A stretch of DNA of 64,000 bases, taken from assembly GCF_036321535.1 (NCBI RefSeq), contig NC_087436.1, positions 109,370,001-109,434,000 of the forward strand. The letters are read 5' to 3'. Both the position numbers and the translations under genes were made by a program. This document shows positions 35,395 to 47,589 of the stretch, in pieces (the stretch's first letter is position 1; every line of letters starts with the position of its first letter). The notes under the pieces are model-generated. The model was given only the letters and a program-made list of their open reading frames with translations. It was not told the origin of the DNA and searched no databases. This DNA is from Camelus dromedarius. Lineage: Eukaryota.

Positions 35395-37889
35395 CCTATC
35401 AATATGGTTAAGGGTTTATCAATTTTATTGAATTTTTTTAAGATCTATTATTTGATTTCACAGATTTTCTGTACTATTTTCTCTTTCATTGATTTCCACT
35501 ATGATAGTAATTATTACTTTTCATTTACTTACCTTGGGTTTAATTGCTTTTCCATTTTTAAAAAAATAAGTAAAACATGGAATCATTGATTTGATACATT
35601 TTTGCTTTTTGAATGTAGGACTTTACTGCTCTAAATTTCTAAGTACTACTTTAGTTATGGCTCACAAATTGTTGTATGTTGGATTTTCATTTTCACTTAT
35701 TTCAATATATTTTCCAATTTCCTTTTGATATGTCCTTGATCTATGGGTTATTTAAAAATGTGTTGTTGGTTTCAAAATTTAGTTTCCACATGTCCTTGTG
35801 TTTTTTATTACAAACCTAATTCCACTGTGATCAGAAACATAGCTTGTTAGATTTGAATCCTTTTAGTTTTGTTAAGAATATTTTATGGCCTATATAATGG
35901 ACTTTCTTGGTAAACATTTTGTGTGTACTTTAAAACAATGTGTATTCTGTTATCATTAGGTTGAGAGATCAATACATTTCATTTGAATGAAATTAGTTGG
36001 TAATGTTATTCAGCCTTCTATATTTTTACTTATTTTCTGTCTATTCATTCTATTCACTATTGAAGCGAAGTGTTAAAATCCAACTCTTAATTCTGGATTT
36101 ATCGATGCCTCCTGGAAGTTGTCCTAAAAAGCTGTTATAATTATTACATGTATAAGTATGTAGAAATATATCTTCTTGATGAATTGACCTCTTTGATGGA
36201 TGAGAAAGCTACCTTTATCCCTGGCTATATTATTTGTTCTAAATTTACTATGTCCAATATAAATAAAGCCACACCACCTTTTAAAAAATTGTTCACCTAA
36301 TACACCTATTACCATACTTTTAGGTTCCTTGTTGCTTTATATTTAAAGTATATTACTTGTTGGCAACATGCCGTTAGTAATTGACTTTTTGAAGTACAAT
36401 CTGACAATCTCTGCCTTTTAGTTGGAGTATTTAGACTATTTACATTTGATTCAATTACTTGAATGTTTGCCTTTAAACTTACTATTTTGTTGTTTTGTAT
36501 TTGCATTATCTATCCTTTGATTTCTTTCTATTTTTTTGTCAACATATTAGCTAAAACTCTGTCATATTATTTTGGTGGAGACTGTATATTTTTAACTTCT
36601 CACTGTCAACCTAAAGTCACATTATACTTCGTGTATAATAAAGTCACATTATACTTCCTCATATATAATATAAGAATCTCACAAAAGTTTATTTCCATTT
36701 TCCTCTTCCTAGTCTTTCTGCTACTTTTATATGCTTTTTAGTTCTTTTTATTGTGTAAATCCCCAAATGCATAGTTTTAATTTTTTTAATTTGAAATTCA
36801 ATTATCTTTTAAAATATTTAAATTATTAGAAAAATATTTTACATATTCCTATACAGTGACCATTTCTAGTGCCCTTCATTTCTTTGTGTTGATGCACATT
36901 TTCACCTGGTATAATTTTTCGGTCGTACATTTCTTATAGTGCAGGTCTTTTAGTTTTTATATGTCTGAAAATTTCTTTAGTTTCTCCTTGTTGTTTGAAA
37001 GATATTTTAACTAGATATGGCATTCTAGGTTGGTAGTTAATTTTCTTTCTGTGTTTAAACATATTCTTGACCATCTTCTGGCTTTTCATATGAAGAAAAC
37101 TCTCCTTATTTTTGTTCCTAGCTACATAATGCATCTTATTCTACTGGGCAATGCTAAGATTTTTCTCTCTTCACTTGTTTACCCAAATTGATGGTGATGT
37201 TTCATGGTTTATTTTTCTCATGTTTCTTTTTTCTTGAGGTTTTCTGAGCTTCTTGTAATTATAGGTTCATAATTTTTATCAGTTACAGAGAATTTCAAAT
37301 ATTTTTCGTCATTCTCCTCTCCTCCTCTTTAGAGACCCCGGTTAATCACACAGTGCCCTTTTGAAGCTATGCCACAGCACGTGATGTTATGTTTGTTTTT
37401 TTCAGTCTTTTTTTTCTCCATGTTTCATTTTGGATAGGTTTTACTGTTACTTTTCAAATTTACTTATCCTTTTTTCCCTGAAATTTCTAATCTACTCTTA
37501 ACCTATTAATTATTTCTCATCTCAGATACTGCAGTTTCTATCTCTAAAGTATCAACTTCAGCCCTGTTTTATATTTTGTGTCCTACTTAAAAAATGTTTA
37601 ATTTTTCCCCTAGCTTCTTGAACATGTGGAAAGATATGATGCTTTTTGGTCTTTTTTTTTTTTTTTTAACATTTTTTATTGATTTATAATCATTTTACAA
37701 TGTTCTGTCAAATTCCAGTGTAGAGCACAATTTTTCAGTTATACATGAACATATATGTATTCACTGTCACATTTTTTTCTCTGTGAGCTACCTTAAGATC
37801 TTGTGTATATTTCCCTGTGCTATACAGTATAATCTTGTTTATCTATTCTACAATTTTGAAATCCCAGTCTATCCCTTCCCACCCTCTGG

Positions 37890-37931
<42 letters not shown>

Positions 37932-38470
37932 AAGCTTTTTTATAAGTAGCATTTAACCTGGGACTAATTTCAACCAACTAGCAAGCTCAAAATATTTTGG
38001 GTACTCAAACTGATGCCCCTTGAGTTGCGAGGCCTTCTAATCCAGCTGGTGGGAACAGGAGCAACTCCAAGTCCTCTGTGATCTTCACCAGGCATTTATT
38101 CTATATAACTCTTTCAAGTGACTCCTTCTTAAGTTTCGTATAGTTTTCTCACGTGGATGAGCTGGCCAGTGATCAGCGGAAGTCTTTAGAGGGACTCTCT
38201 GAAAGTCTCTTCACTCCCAGCTCTCACTCTGGTACTTTGCCAGGTAAACTTAGCTGCTTTCTCTGTCCCCAGTTCCCAGCGCCTTCTTGTCCAACGCAGG
38301 GAGATCTCTGGGCTCCGTCTAGGTTCCTTGTCCCTTAGCCACAGCTTGGAAACCTCCTATTATTTATTTCTCTTCTTTCAGGGATGACAATTTTTCATTG
38401 CTGATGTTCAGTATTTTGAAAACTATTGTTTCATATGCTTTGTTTAGTTTTTCAGGATAAATCCAGCCCC
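35395..38470 (-). mobile_element. Old L1 (ORF2 N-terminal, ORF1 and 5' region) inserted in the ERVL
   Basis: Minus-strand peptides NVNSLNTPTKRQRLSD (endonuclease start) and YQPRMPYLVKISFKQQGETKEIF (ORF1 C-terminus). Confidence 0.85.
37652..37886 (-). mobile_element. Young camelid L1 3' end with perfect TSD
   Basis: Poly(T) tail then 'aacattttttattgatttataatcattttacaatg...atcccttcccaccctc'. TSD TGGTC(T)n at 37647 and 37887. Confidence 0.9.
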
Positions 38471-39391
38471 TGTTAATTTTTAACATCTAATTTTAGTTGA
38501 ATGTGATAATAATCATTTCATAATGAGAAGTTCATTTCTCATAGACCTGTAGTCAGATATGCAGTATTTAAAAGAGCCCATTGTGCTGGATACCAGAAGT
38601 TGACACATGGTAACCAACTGTGCTTCAATTAAAAAAAGGAAAACTCACATTAAAAAAAATACATAAATAAAAGAGGCCAATGGCAAGTGTAAAATTGATT
38701 TTCAGATGGATATGAATTTTTGGCAGAAAAGTATAAATGATCTTATAGCAAAACTGTAGAATTGTGCTGTTATGTTCCTTCTGGAATTTTCTGGAAGCTG
38801 CATGTAACTTTCTTGTTTGTACTAAACAACTGCTTCTGCTGGTATGGGACCTGAATGGTGGCAGTTTGTACTGGAGCATAAACGTACTGCAGGGGCCATT
38901 TTAGCTCAGGCTCCAACCTCATGTCTTAGGGCACCTTACGAATTAGCCAGTGAATTAGTCGGATCATCATGCCTACATGGAGTGTATTTTGCTTCCACAA
39001 TTTAAAAAAGGCTCAGCAAGTTTTGTGCCTCTTAAAAGTAAGTGGTGCATGTTTCAGTAATTTATCTCTCACTTTAGAAGAAATATCTTGTCCTATCCCA
39101 GACCGCTAAAACTTTACAGTTCTCTCAGTACGGCAGGCTCAGGCTCTCAACCCCTGGTACCCTGATGTCTTAATGAGGCATCGAAGGCATGCCACTTCCT
39201 ACTGATAGACCCATTTAACATCATAAGGTCATTAATTTTATGCGACATGAACATGATTTAATTCTCCCCAGTTTATATTATGAAAGAGCATGAAACTTGA
39301 CTAGACCACGTAGATGAGTTTCTATCCTTGCCAAGGCGAATTGCTTGTACGTATTTTTCATGATAGGAATTGGGAAAACTAAAACATTAAG

Positions 39392-39572
39392 TCAGTGTTT
39401 CTCTAACAGGAAAGTGCAAAATGATCATCTTAAAGGATTTTAATGTAGATTTGTGGGACCCACTTCTAACATTTCTGATTTAGTCTTTCTGGAAGGGGAC
39501 CCAAGAATTTGCATTTATAGTAAGTTTTTAAAGTGACGCTGCTGCTGCTGATGCAAGGATGATACTTTTCAC
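39392..39572. mobile_element. MER5A hAT-Charlie DNA transposon
   Basis: 'cagtgtttctc...tttctgatttagt...ggggacccaagaatttgcattt...gtgacgctgctgctgctg'. Confidence 0.8.
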
Positions 39573-40741
39573 CATCCAAGTGGCAGGGGTCATATTGTTT
39601 TTTTTCCAGTAAAGATATTGCATCTGAAAGCAGAGATGCCATAGGCATTAATGCCTGATTTTGTTTGTAATGATCCACAGTCAATCTCCAGGACCTGTTT
39701 TCCATCAGCCAAAAATCTGAGTTAGTTGGACCTGTATTAAGAATCCCTTGAACCCCTCACCACACATCTTTCAAGCATTTGGTGGTGATTCTGTTCTGCA
39801 TTATTCTCAGGGATGGAGCTTAGCCATGGATACAGATTTAGAAGCTTCCACTTGCTTTATCCTAATGTAAATAACCCAGAAGTAATCCATAGGATAAGTC
39901 AGTGGTCCCGTTAGACTCTCTCTGAGATGAAGCAAGTCAAGATTCCAACTATCACCTGACTTCAATAAATGCCCAGTTAGGGTACCAGCCTGCATTTAGA
40001 GTACCAGTCTGTACCGTCCCCAGCGATGAGTGGCAATTCAGAGCCTTCACTCAATAATCGTCTGGAAGTTCCAAGTATTCCCTTCCACCTTTGCGTAACC
40101 TGGTGAATGACTGGAGATCATAAAAAGAAAGTTTGGGGAATACACAGTATTTACAAACAGCTATGTTGCAATCCTCTCTCAAAGGCACCTGATTTCCCCT
40201 TCAATGCAGGAACCTCAGGCATGTATATTGACTTAGGGGTTGGAACTGGATAAGAGGCTATGAATTACCATTATGATGACCTGAATTAGATTTTCAACAT
40301 GAGACCTTGAAATCTTCTGCTTTATCTATCAAGCTACACCTCAGTAGGCTGCTCATCTATTTCATTCTGAGGGACCCAGTGGTTAAAAAGCCACTGACAC
40401 AGGTTAATGTAAGTGAGAACCCTGCTACCAATTCAATACATGCCTTAGCAATGTGATTTTAAACACTTTGTTTCTAAGGTTAAGCCCCTCAATCTGGCTT
40501 CTGCTACACTGGCTTGCCAGTTTTCCACTGGAATATTGAGCTGTTTCTATTGCAGCATCTCCCACCGTCAGTCATCTTTGGTTCCTAGGAGACCATAGGG
40601 ATTTTCAAAGATGCTTTGGCTCAGGGAGGGCCCTCCAGGCCCTTTCAGGGTGATTGGTAGAGGGGAGCTGAGGTGGTTACACATAATAAATCTACTCTAG
40701 TGTCCCCATACCCCTCAACCTTCAGATTCCTTCTTCATTAT

Positions 40742-40920
40742 CAATGATTTTCAGCTCAGGCTGCACATTAGACTTACCTGGGGAGCTTCAGAAACCCCAG
40801 TGCCCAGGATGGGCCCCAGAATGTTAAGATCAGATTCTGTGTGGGTGGGACCTAGACATTAATGCTTTTTTTAAAGCTTCTTTGGTGATTCCAATGTACA
40901 GCCAAGGCTGAGAACCACTG
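40742..40920. mobile_element. MER5-family hAT DNA transposon
   Basis: 'ggctgcacattagacttacctggggagctt...ggtgattccaatgtacagccaaggctgagaaccactg'. Confidence 0.85.
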
Positions 40921-41624
40921 TGCTGTGTCACTGAATTTCCCTCCTCATTAACTAAAAGCCAAAGTTGAGCCCAAACATAAATTAACTGGCCTTTTGGAGT
41001 GAACACCACTCCTTGGGTATTTAAACCCAGTTTGTTAACCTTTCAAATCCCAGTTGAGTACGTCTGGAGTTTGGAGGCTCGAAATTCTCATTCTTTCCCT
41101 TGTCTGCCCAAATGTCCTAGAGTCTTCTTCTTTTTGCATGAGTGCTCTTGCCTTAGCATAATACACGTGGATGTATTTTTCATTTGGTGGGCTTTAACCA
41201 CTGTGCGATTACATTAAGTTCTTGAGCGTGATTTTCATTCATTTCTTCCCTATGGTCACTGAAGATAAGGGACACTTCTAAGTTTCCATAGAAGCTTTCC
41301 GATTTTTCATTCATGCTCTAAAACAGACCTTCATGTTTTTCTTTTCTCTCGCTACAATCTTTGTAATAACCCCTGTTGCCATAGTGACTAAGTGCCACAG
41401 CCACTTGATCTCCCAACACCTTTGTTGCATCTGTACTTCATCTTATGCCACCACCAGTGACTATTTGACTAATCATGATGTCACAGCCTGCTGGATTATC
41501 AGTGTCCCGTTTCCCGAAGCAAAGAAGCTATCCGTGAGTTTCTCAAATATGCTACCTACCCATCCCAGGAACCAATTTTAAGGGTGTTTCCTGGGGCCAC
41601 TTCTTGTGCCAAATACTGAATTAC

Positions 41625-41700
41625 ACATGACAGGGACATTATGCTGTACACCAGAAACTGACCCATTGTAACTGATTATACTTCAATTTGAAAAGTCAAT
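41625..41700 (+). mobile_element. Short camelid L1 3' terminus
   Basis: 'gggacattatgctgtacaccagaaactgacccattgtaactgattatacttcaat'. Confidence 0.8.
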
Positions 41701-41709
41701 TTTTCTCTT

Positions 41710-43860
41710 TAAGATTTTATTGAAAGAAAAGGAAAATATTTTATTTACATTTCCCAGCATATTAACCATCATTAATTATCCTTATTCTTTACTCTAGATA
41801 TCAGTGTCCATATTTTATCATCTACTTTAGCCTGAAAACCTCCTTTTAGCATTAACTTTAGTGTTGGTACAGAAACAAATTATCTTGATGTATTTTTATC
41901 TAAATATTTCCTCATTATGCCTTTGTTTTGAAGTATATTTTCACTGGGTATAAAATTCTAAGTTGATGTTTCTTTTCTTTGAACACTTTAAAAGATAATG
42001 TTTCACTGACATCTGGCTCCCCTTCCCTTATACTCATTGGGCATATTTATCTGGTGGCTGTTTTCAGAATTTTCTCTTTATATTTGTTTTCAAAAGCTTG
42101 ACTATGCTGTGGCTAAGCATGAATGTCTTTATTTTTATTTTCCTTAGTGTTTCCTGTTCTTTTTGGGTCTGTAAATTGAGATTTTTAAATTAAAAGTGTT
42201 TTGCTATTGTTTATTTAAATCTTTTTCTACCTAATTCTTTGTATCTTCTCATTCTATGACTCAAAATACATATATGTTTACTAACTTAATATTTTCCCAT
42301 AGGACACTGACCCCTTGATTTGTTTTTCCCAACCTTATATTCCTCGTGTGCTTTTGTTTGGACAATTACTGTTGACATATCTTTATGTTCACCAATTGTT
42401 TCTTCTGCTTTATTTGTCAAAATAGTCTAATAAATTTTTGTTTCTTAGATTCTATTTTTAGTACATAAATGTCAATTTGATTTCCTATTATTTATTTGGT
42501 ACCTCTCTTAGAAACATGCACCTTCAGCCATTCTTTCAGTCTTACACTACGCATGTTGTAAGACTTGTGTAGTAGTTGTCTTAGAGCCCTTGATGACAAT
42601 TATGCCATTTGAACTATCTCTGATTTTGCTTCTGTTGATTAACTTTGCTCTTGACTATGGGCTGTATTTTCCTACTTTTCTCATATCTCTTCACCTGGCA
42701 GCATGACATGTGGGGCGTCTGAAAGGATAAGGTATATTAAATTGTTATATCTTTATCTCAGACTTTGAAAGTGTGCGATTCCTTTCTTTCATCAGACATG
42801 TAAGGTGAGGGGTTGCTCTCTGATCCCAACAAGAACTGAACTGAATTTGAAAAAAAACAAACAAACAACTTTTTTTTTTTTTAAGAGCAACTTTGGGTAC
42901 ACAGCAAAATTGAGAGGAAGATACAGAGGTTTCCCATGTATCCCTTACCTCCACACATGTATAATGTCTTTTGTTACTAACATCTCCTACCGGATTTGTA
43001 CATTTGTTACAACTGGTAAATCCACACTGACACATCATTATCACCCAAAGTCCATAGTCTACTTACCTAAGGTTAGTGTTGTATAGTCTATGGACCAAAT
43101 ATATAATGACTTGTATCCACCATTATAGTATCATACAGAGTATTTTTCACTGCTCTAAAAATTTTCTCTGCTCTGATTACTTATGCCTCTCTCCACCCCC
43201 AAAATTTTCATTAGATCCTGTTCACCACTGGTTTCAAATGGGATTGTGGTGGCTGTAGTTTGCCCTTTAGCCTAACTCCCAATTTTCAGGGCAGCAGCCT
43301 CAGAAAAGTTATCCTTTGATATTTTCAGAATTTGAGCTGGGAGTAGTTTGAATTTTAGCCTTAGTTGGTTTAGGTTTACTTTTGAACTATGTTTCAAGAA
43401 GCCCTAGAATGTGAGCATGATGAGATTACACAAACACTATTTTTCATCCGTTGCTAGATTCCATTGCTGATTCTGCCAATTTTCCCACCCTTCCCTCATC
43501 AAAATTTCTAGGGGAAGGGATTTTCAAGATAAAATATGTATTTTTTTCATTTGGGGCTTTTCCAGATAACAATCTATCTTGCCACCCATGCTGTTATTTA
43601 AAATTCACCTGATTTCTCCTTGGAAAATCTCGGCCTGAGACATGCCTCTCCTCTGCACATTTGTGCTCATATCAGCACTTGTCTCTAGGCATGGAAGAAT
43701 CTGCACATCTTTGGCCACCTATGAAGATTTCATCTTTCTTTGGTATTAATTAATTATTGCTCTTTGTATCAACTGCTCTTCAACAGCATTGTAGAAAATT
43801 TTTATATTTTATTAGGCTTTTTTTTTTTTTACTATACATGCAATAGTCTTCCCTAGTCTA
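41710..43860 (-). mobile_element. Old L1/HAL1 ORF1 and 5' region
   Basis: 'tttgaagtatattttcactgggtataaaattctaagttga' is antisense L1 ORF1; T-rich body. Confidence 0.7.
42870..43200 (-). mobile_element. L1MC1-like 3' terminus
   Basis: 'cacagcaaaattgagaggaag...tgacacatcattatcacccaaagtccatagt'. Confidence 0.9.
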
Positions 43861-44228
43861 CTATATCGTCATTAAACGTGAAACTCCCATAATTGCTTAT
43901 TTATTGAATTTCTCTAATAACCTACTTATGTGTTTTATCTCATCCACTTTTTCCTTTCTATCCACAAAATGACACAATTACAACAATACAGCCAAATACA
44001 TCTTTTGAAAAATAACATAAACCTGTTTATGTTTCTCTAGTGAGTAAAATGCTTTATTTTCGCATGAGAACCACAAGACACTCTCTTTGGAATCCTTCAG
44101 GCAAATGTCATTTCATAATGAGACTTTCTTTAGTTGTCAATTTATCTGCCAAAGTAACTGAAGTCTGTAGGCATGAGGTTTAAAGCTGATGAATGAACTT
44201 GATTATTCTTCAATCATTTGAAGATTGG

Positions 44229-44614
44229 TATATTAGTCAACGTGGGCTGTTACAAGGAAATAGCATAGATTGGGTGATTTTAAACAACAAGCATATATTT
44301 CTCACAGTTCAGAGGCTAGAAACTCATGGTCAAAGAGCTGGCAAATTTGGTTTTATTAAGGGTTCCCTTCCTGGCTTCTTGCTGTGTCCTCACAGGAATT
44401 TTATTCTCTCTGAATCCCAAGCAAGAGACAGTTCTGGTGTTTCTTCCTCTTCTTATAAAGGCACCAGCCATGTTGAATTAGTCCCCCACCTTTTTTTTTT
44501 AACCTCATTCAACTGTAAGTACTTCCATTAAGACCCTATATTCAAAGACAGTCACATTAGGTTTTAGGGCTTCAACATAGGAATTCTGGGGGGGACACAG
44601 TTCAGTCCAGAACA
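44229..44614 (-). mobile_element. MLT1A/B MaLR LTR
   Basis: 'tattagtc...ttaaacaacaagcatatatttctcacagttc...gggcttcaacataggaattctgggggggacacagttcagtccagaaca'. Confidence 0.9.
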
Positions 44615-46073
44615 TTTGATTCCAAAATTCTGCCAAAAATGTCCAAATTGCAAATATATATTTGATTTTTAATCTATCACGTTACTTATGCTGGTTAGCC
44701 AAGTGCCTGAAGGTTTGGCAACGCTGTTTCCTGAATTGTCAGTACTCTACAATCCCACAAAGAAAGGGTCGAAAGTCTCTTCTCTAAATCATCTTGAAGC
44801 AACAGGATGAAGACTCAGTGGGTTCCGTTGCTTACTGAGACTCGCTGTGATTCACATGCAGTTAAATGAGGGAGGACAGAGTGCATTTCATTGTGACCTC
44901 CAAATGGTAGGGACGATGCAACCCCCACTTTCTTACGTTATTGGTGTATGTGGAAGCCTGTCTAGGATAGGGAGAAACTAAACTCTCTCCTTTTCATAAG
45001 TCCCTTCATTTACTTTCCACCATGTCTATTTTGGACGGAAGGTAGTCTTAAGGCTTACTTTTACTTCACCCACAGGTAGTATCATTGTACTGGGGACCCA
45101 TCACCCATTCTACCCTCAGTGATTTGCCTGAGCCGATTATGATAATGCTACCTTCCTCTTTGGGTAAACAACGTTCATGTGACTCAACTCTGGCTTTTGC
45201 TATGTAAGGAGAAGTTTGCTGGGAGTTTTCTGGGAATTATTTTATCATTTTTAAGAGGGCTGGAAGAACAGGTACGTGGGGTCTGGACACAATGTGAGGT
45301 CAGCAGCCATCTTTTTGCCAAGTTAATTATGAAACCAATGCTGGAGATGACAGAGCAGAGTGTTAGAATGAACATTTTACCCTGATAAATTTTTGAGCCA
45401 CTGGGTTGGTCAGTCTTATAGCTCACTCTACCTCTGCGTTTCCTGTTACAAGTAACATGATAAATTTCATGGTCTCTGTTACTTGCAGCCAAATGTATTT
45501 GAAGTAATATGCCATAAATTGTGAGTCTGTCAGTATACATATCAACTCATTGGAAGATCAAAATAGCTGCTCTTAGCTTCACCTCTAGAACTAGACCCAT
45601 TATTCTTTCATCAGACAGTACCTTACAAAAGGCTTCCTGCTACTCTTAGGTTGCTCTTAATCTGACCGATCAAATCTAGCTTAGCTTTTAACCTGCCCCC
45701 TGTTTTTCATATATGCCTTTATTTAATTCCTCCTGTGAACCTGGATGTATCCTAAGTGTTATTTTTCCACAAGTTGTTCCTTTACCTCTTGTGGCCCCTG
45801 ATACCAAATTCATCTAGTCAGCTCTTGGTCATCTAAAAATTCTCAATGACAATGTTGTTTTCTCAGTTCTAATTCCCCAGACTAGGTCAGGTTTCCCTAA
45901 TATGTGCTCTCATAGCTTCCTGGATTTTTCCTCTCTTAGCTCTTTCTGGATTTGTAATTATACAATTGTATGGTTGTTTGTGTATTTACATTTCTTGATA
46001 CATAGGTTATAGACTTCAAAGGGTGAAGTCCATGCTTTCTCAGCTTAGTAATATATTCATTATGTACAGTTTC

Positions 46074-46474
46074 TGTATTAGTTTGCTTGAGCTTTGTCAA
46101 CGAAGCACCACAGACCAGATGGCTTAAACAACAGAAATTTATTTCTTGCAGTTCTGAAGCTAGAAGTCCAAGATCAAGGTGTTGACAGTTTTGTTTTTCT
46201 TCAGGCATCTTTCCTTGGGCTGCAATGACTACTGTCTTCGTGTCTTCAGGTGATCTTTCCCTTGGGTCTGCACATCTCTAGTGTCTCTCTCTGTGTTGAA
46301 ATTTCCTCTTCTTATAAGGACAGCAGTCATATTGACTTAGGGCCCACTCTAAAAGTCTCATTTAAATTAATTATCTCTTTAAATAATTATCTCCAAATTC
46401 AATTATGTTCTGAGATATTGAGGGTTAGGGCTTCAATATATAAATTTTGAGGGGACACAATTCAGTTCATAACA
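46074..46474 (-). mobile_element. MLT1B/C MaLR LTR inserted in an L2 (L2 ~45600-46545, +)
   Basis: 'tgtattagttt...ggcttaaacaacagaaatttattt...ggggacacaattcagttcataaca'. The L2 terminus 'ctcagtaaatagctatttattgaattaatgaa' follows. Confidence 0.9.
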
Positions 46475-47589
46475 TGCCTCATATAGTGTTTTCCACAGAA
46501 TGAGCTCAGTAAATAGCTATTTATTGAATTAATGAACATATGAATACATTTTTTTTGATAGAACATGGTTAAAGTGAGCCACCACAGTCATTGCTTGCCT
46601 CTGAACAGAGTCTGGTATGTGTGCATCCCTCTTACAATGAGTAATTCTGAAATAGTCCACTTGTTATTTGCCTTCTGGTAGAGCAGTGATGCAAACTTTT
46701 CACATGTGACTTCAGAGCCCATGATCTTTCTGTCTTCCCACTATCCCGCCTGTATGTGGAGGCAGCTGAAATGAGTTATGTGTGTGGCTGGGGAAAAGGA
46801 ACAGGAATGCAGCAATTTACCGTTTTCCATGGTATGTTTTTAAACAAACATTCATTGTAAGGATGCAATTAATTTTTTTCATGAATACTATCTAGGAGCA
46901 GTTGGGTAGTTTTCACATCTACTTCACGGGTTTTTATTGACTGTTTACCATGGACCATATACTGGATTAGGCACTGGACACAAAAAATGAGTAATTTATA
47001 TTGCTTTCTTTTAAGATTTATACAACATAGAGGAGAAAGACTGACAGGTAAAGAGGAAGATACATCTAAGGTTTTTAAAATGCTGTGAAAACAGAAATGA
47101 CAGGTTATCAAGGAAGCACATATAAAGACTACCTGACCCAATGTGAGGCACACCTGTTATAATGTTCTCTACTGAAAGTGATAAAAAAAAAAACCGATTT
47201 GTGTGGTTTGGTATCTGAGAAGTCCAAGAGTACAGTGCTTGCAAACAATGTCGTCAGTCCCGGATGTATCTCCAGTCCTTGGTTTTGCTCAGTTCTTGTC
47301 CCTGTGTTAGCTTCTCTTTCAGGCTTCTGGAGGTGGACTCTCACAGCAGCAGTGGCTGAAGTCTACATAGCTTCATCCACAAGTCCAGGGGAAAGAAAGG
47401 CCCTCTTTTATAGTAGCCACCACAACCATCAGATTATTCTTACTGAATTAGCTCAGGTCACACATCTGCCGCTAAGCTAACGACTATGGCCAGGGTCTTA
47501 AACTGACCCAGTTGGTTCCCAGGTGCCCACTCAATCTACAAGGACTGAAGATGGGAGGCACTGATTCCAAATGAAAACTGCGAGAATGT

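Larger units (their letters stand above)
34615..41620 (-). mobile_element. Decayed ERVL provirus (partial LTR33-family 3' LTR, PPT, int/pol/gag remnants, PBS), interrupted by L1 and MER5
   Basis: LTR start at 34812 preceded on the minus strand by PPT GGGAAAAGAGGTGGG. Integrase-like region ~35150-35230. RT motif in ORF 39466-39705, SWRLTVDHYKQNQALMPMASLLSDAISLLE (cf. ERVL SWRMTVDYRKLNQVV...DVVSLLE). PBS-like TTTGGCACAAGAAGTGG at ~41597-41613. Confidence 0.75.
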
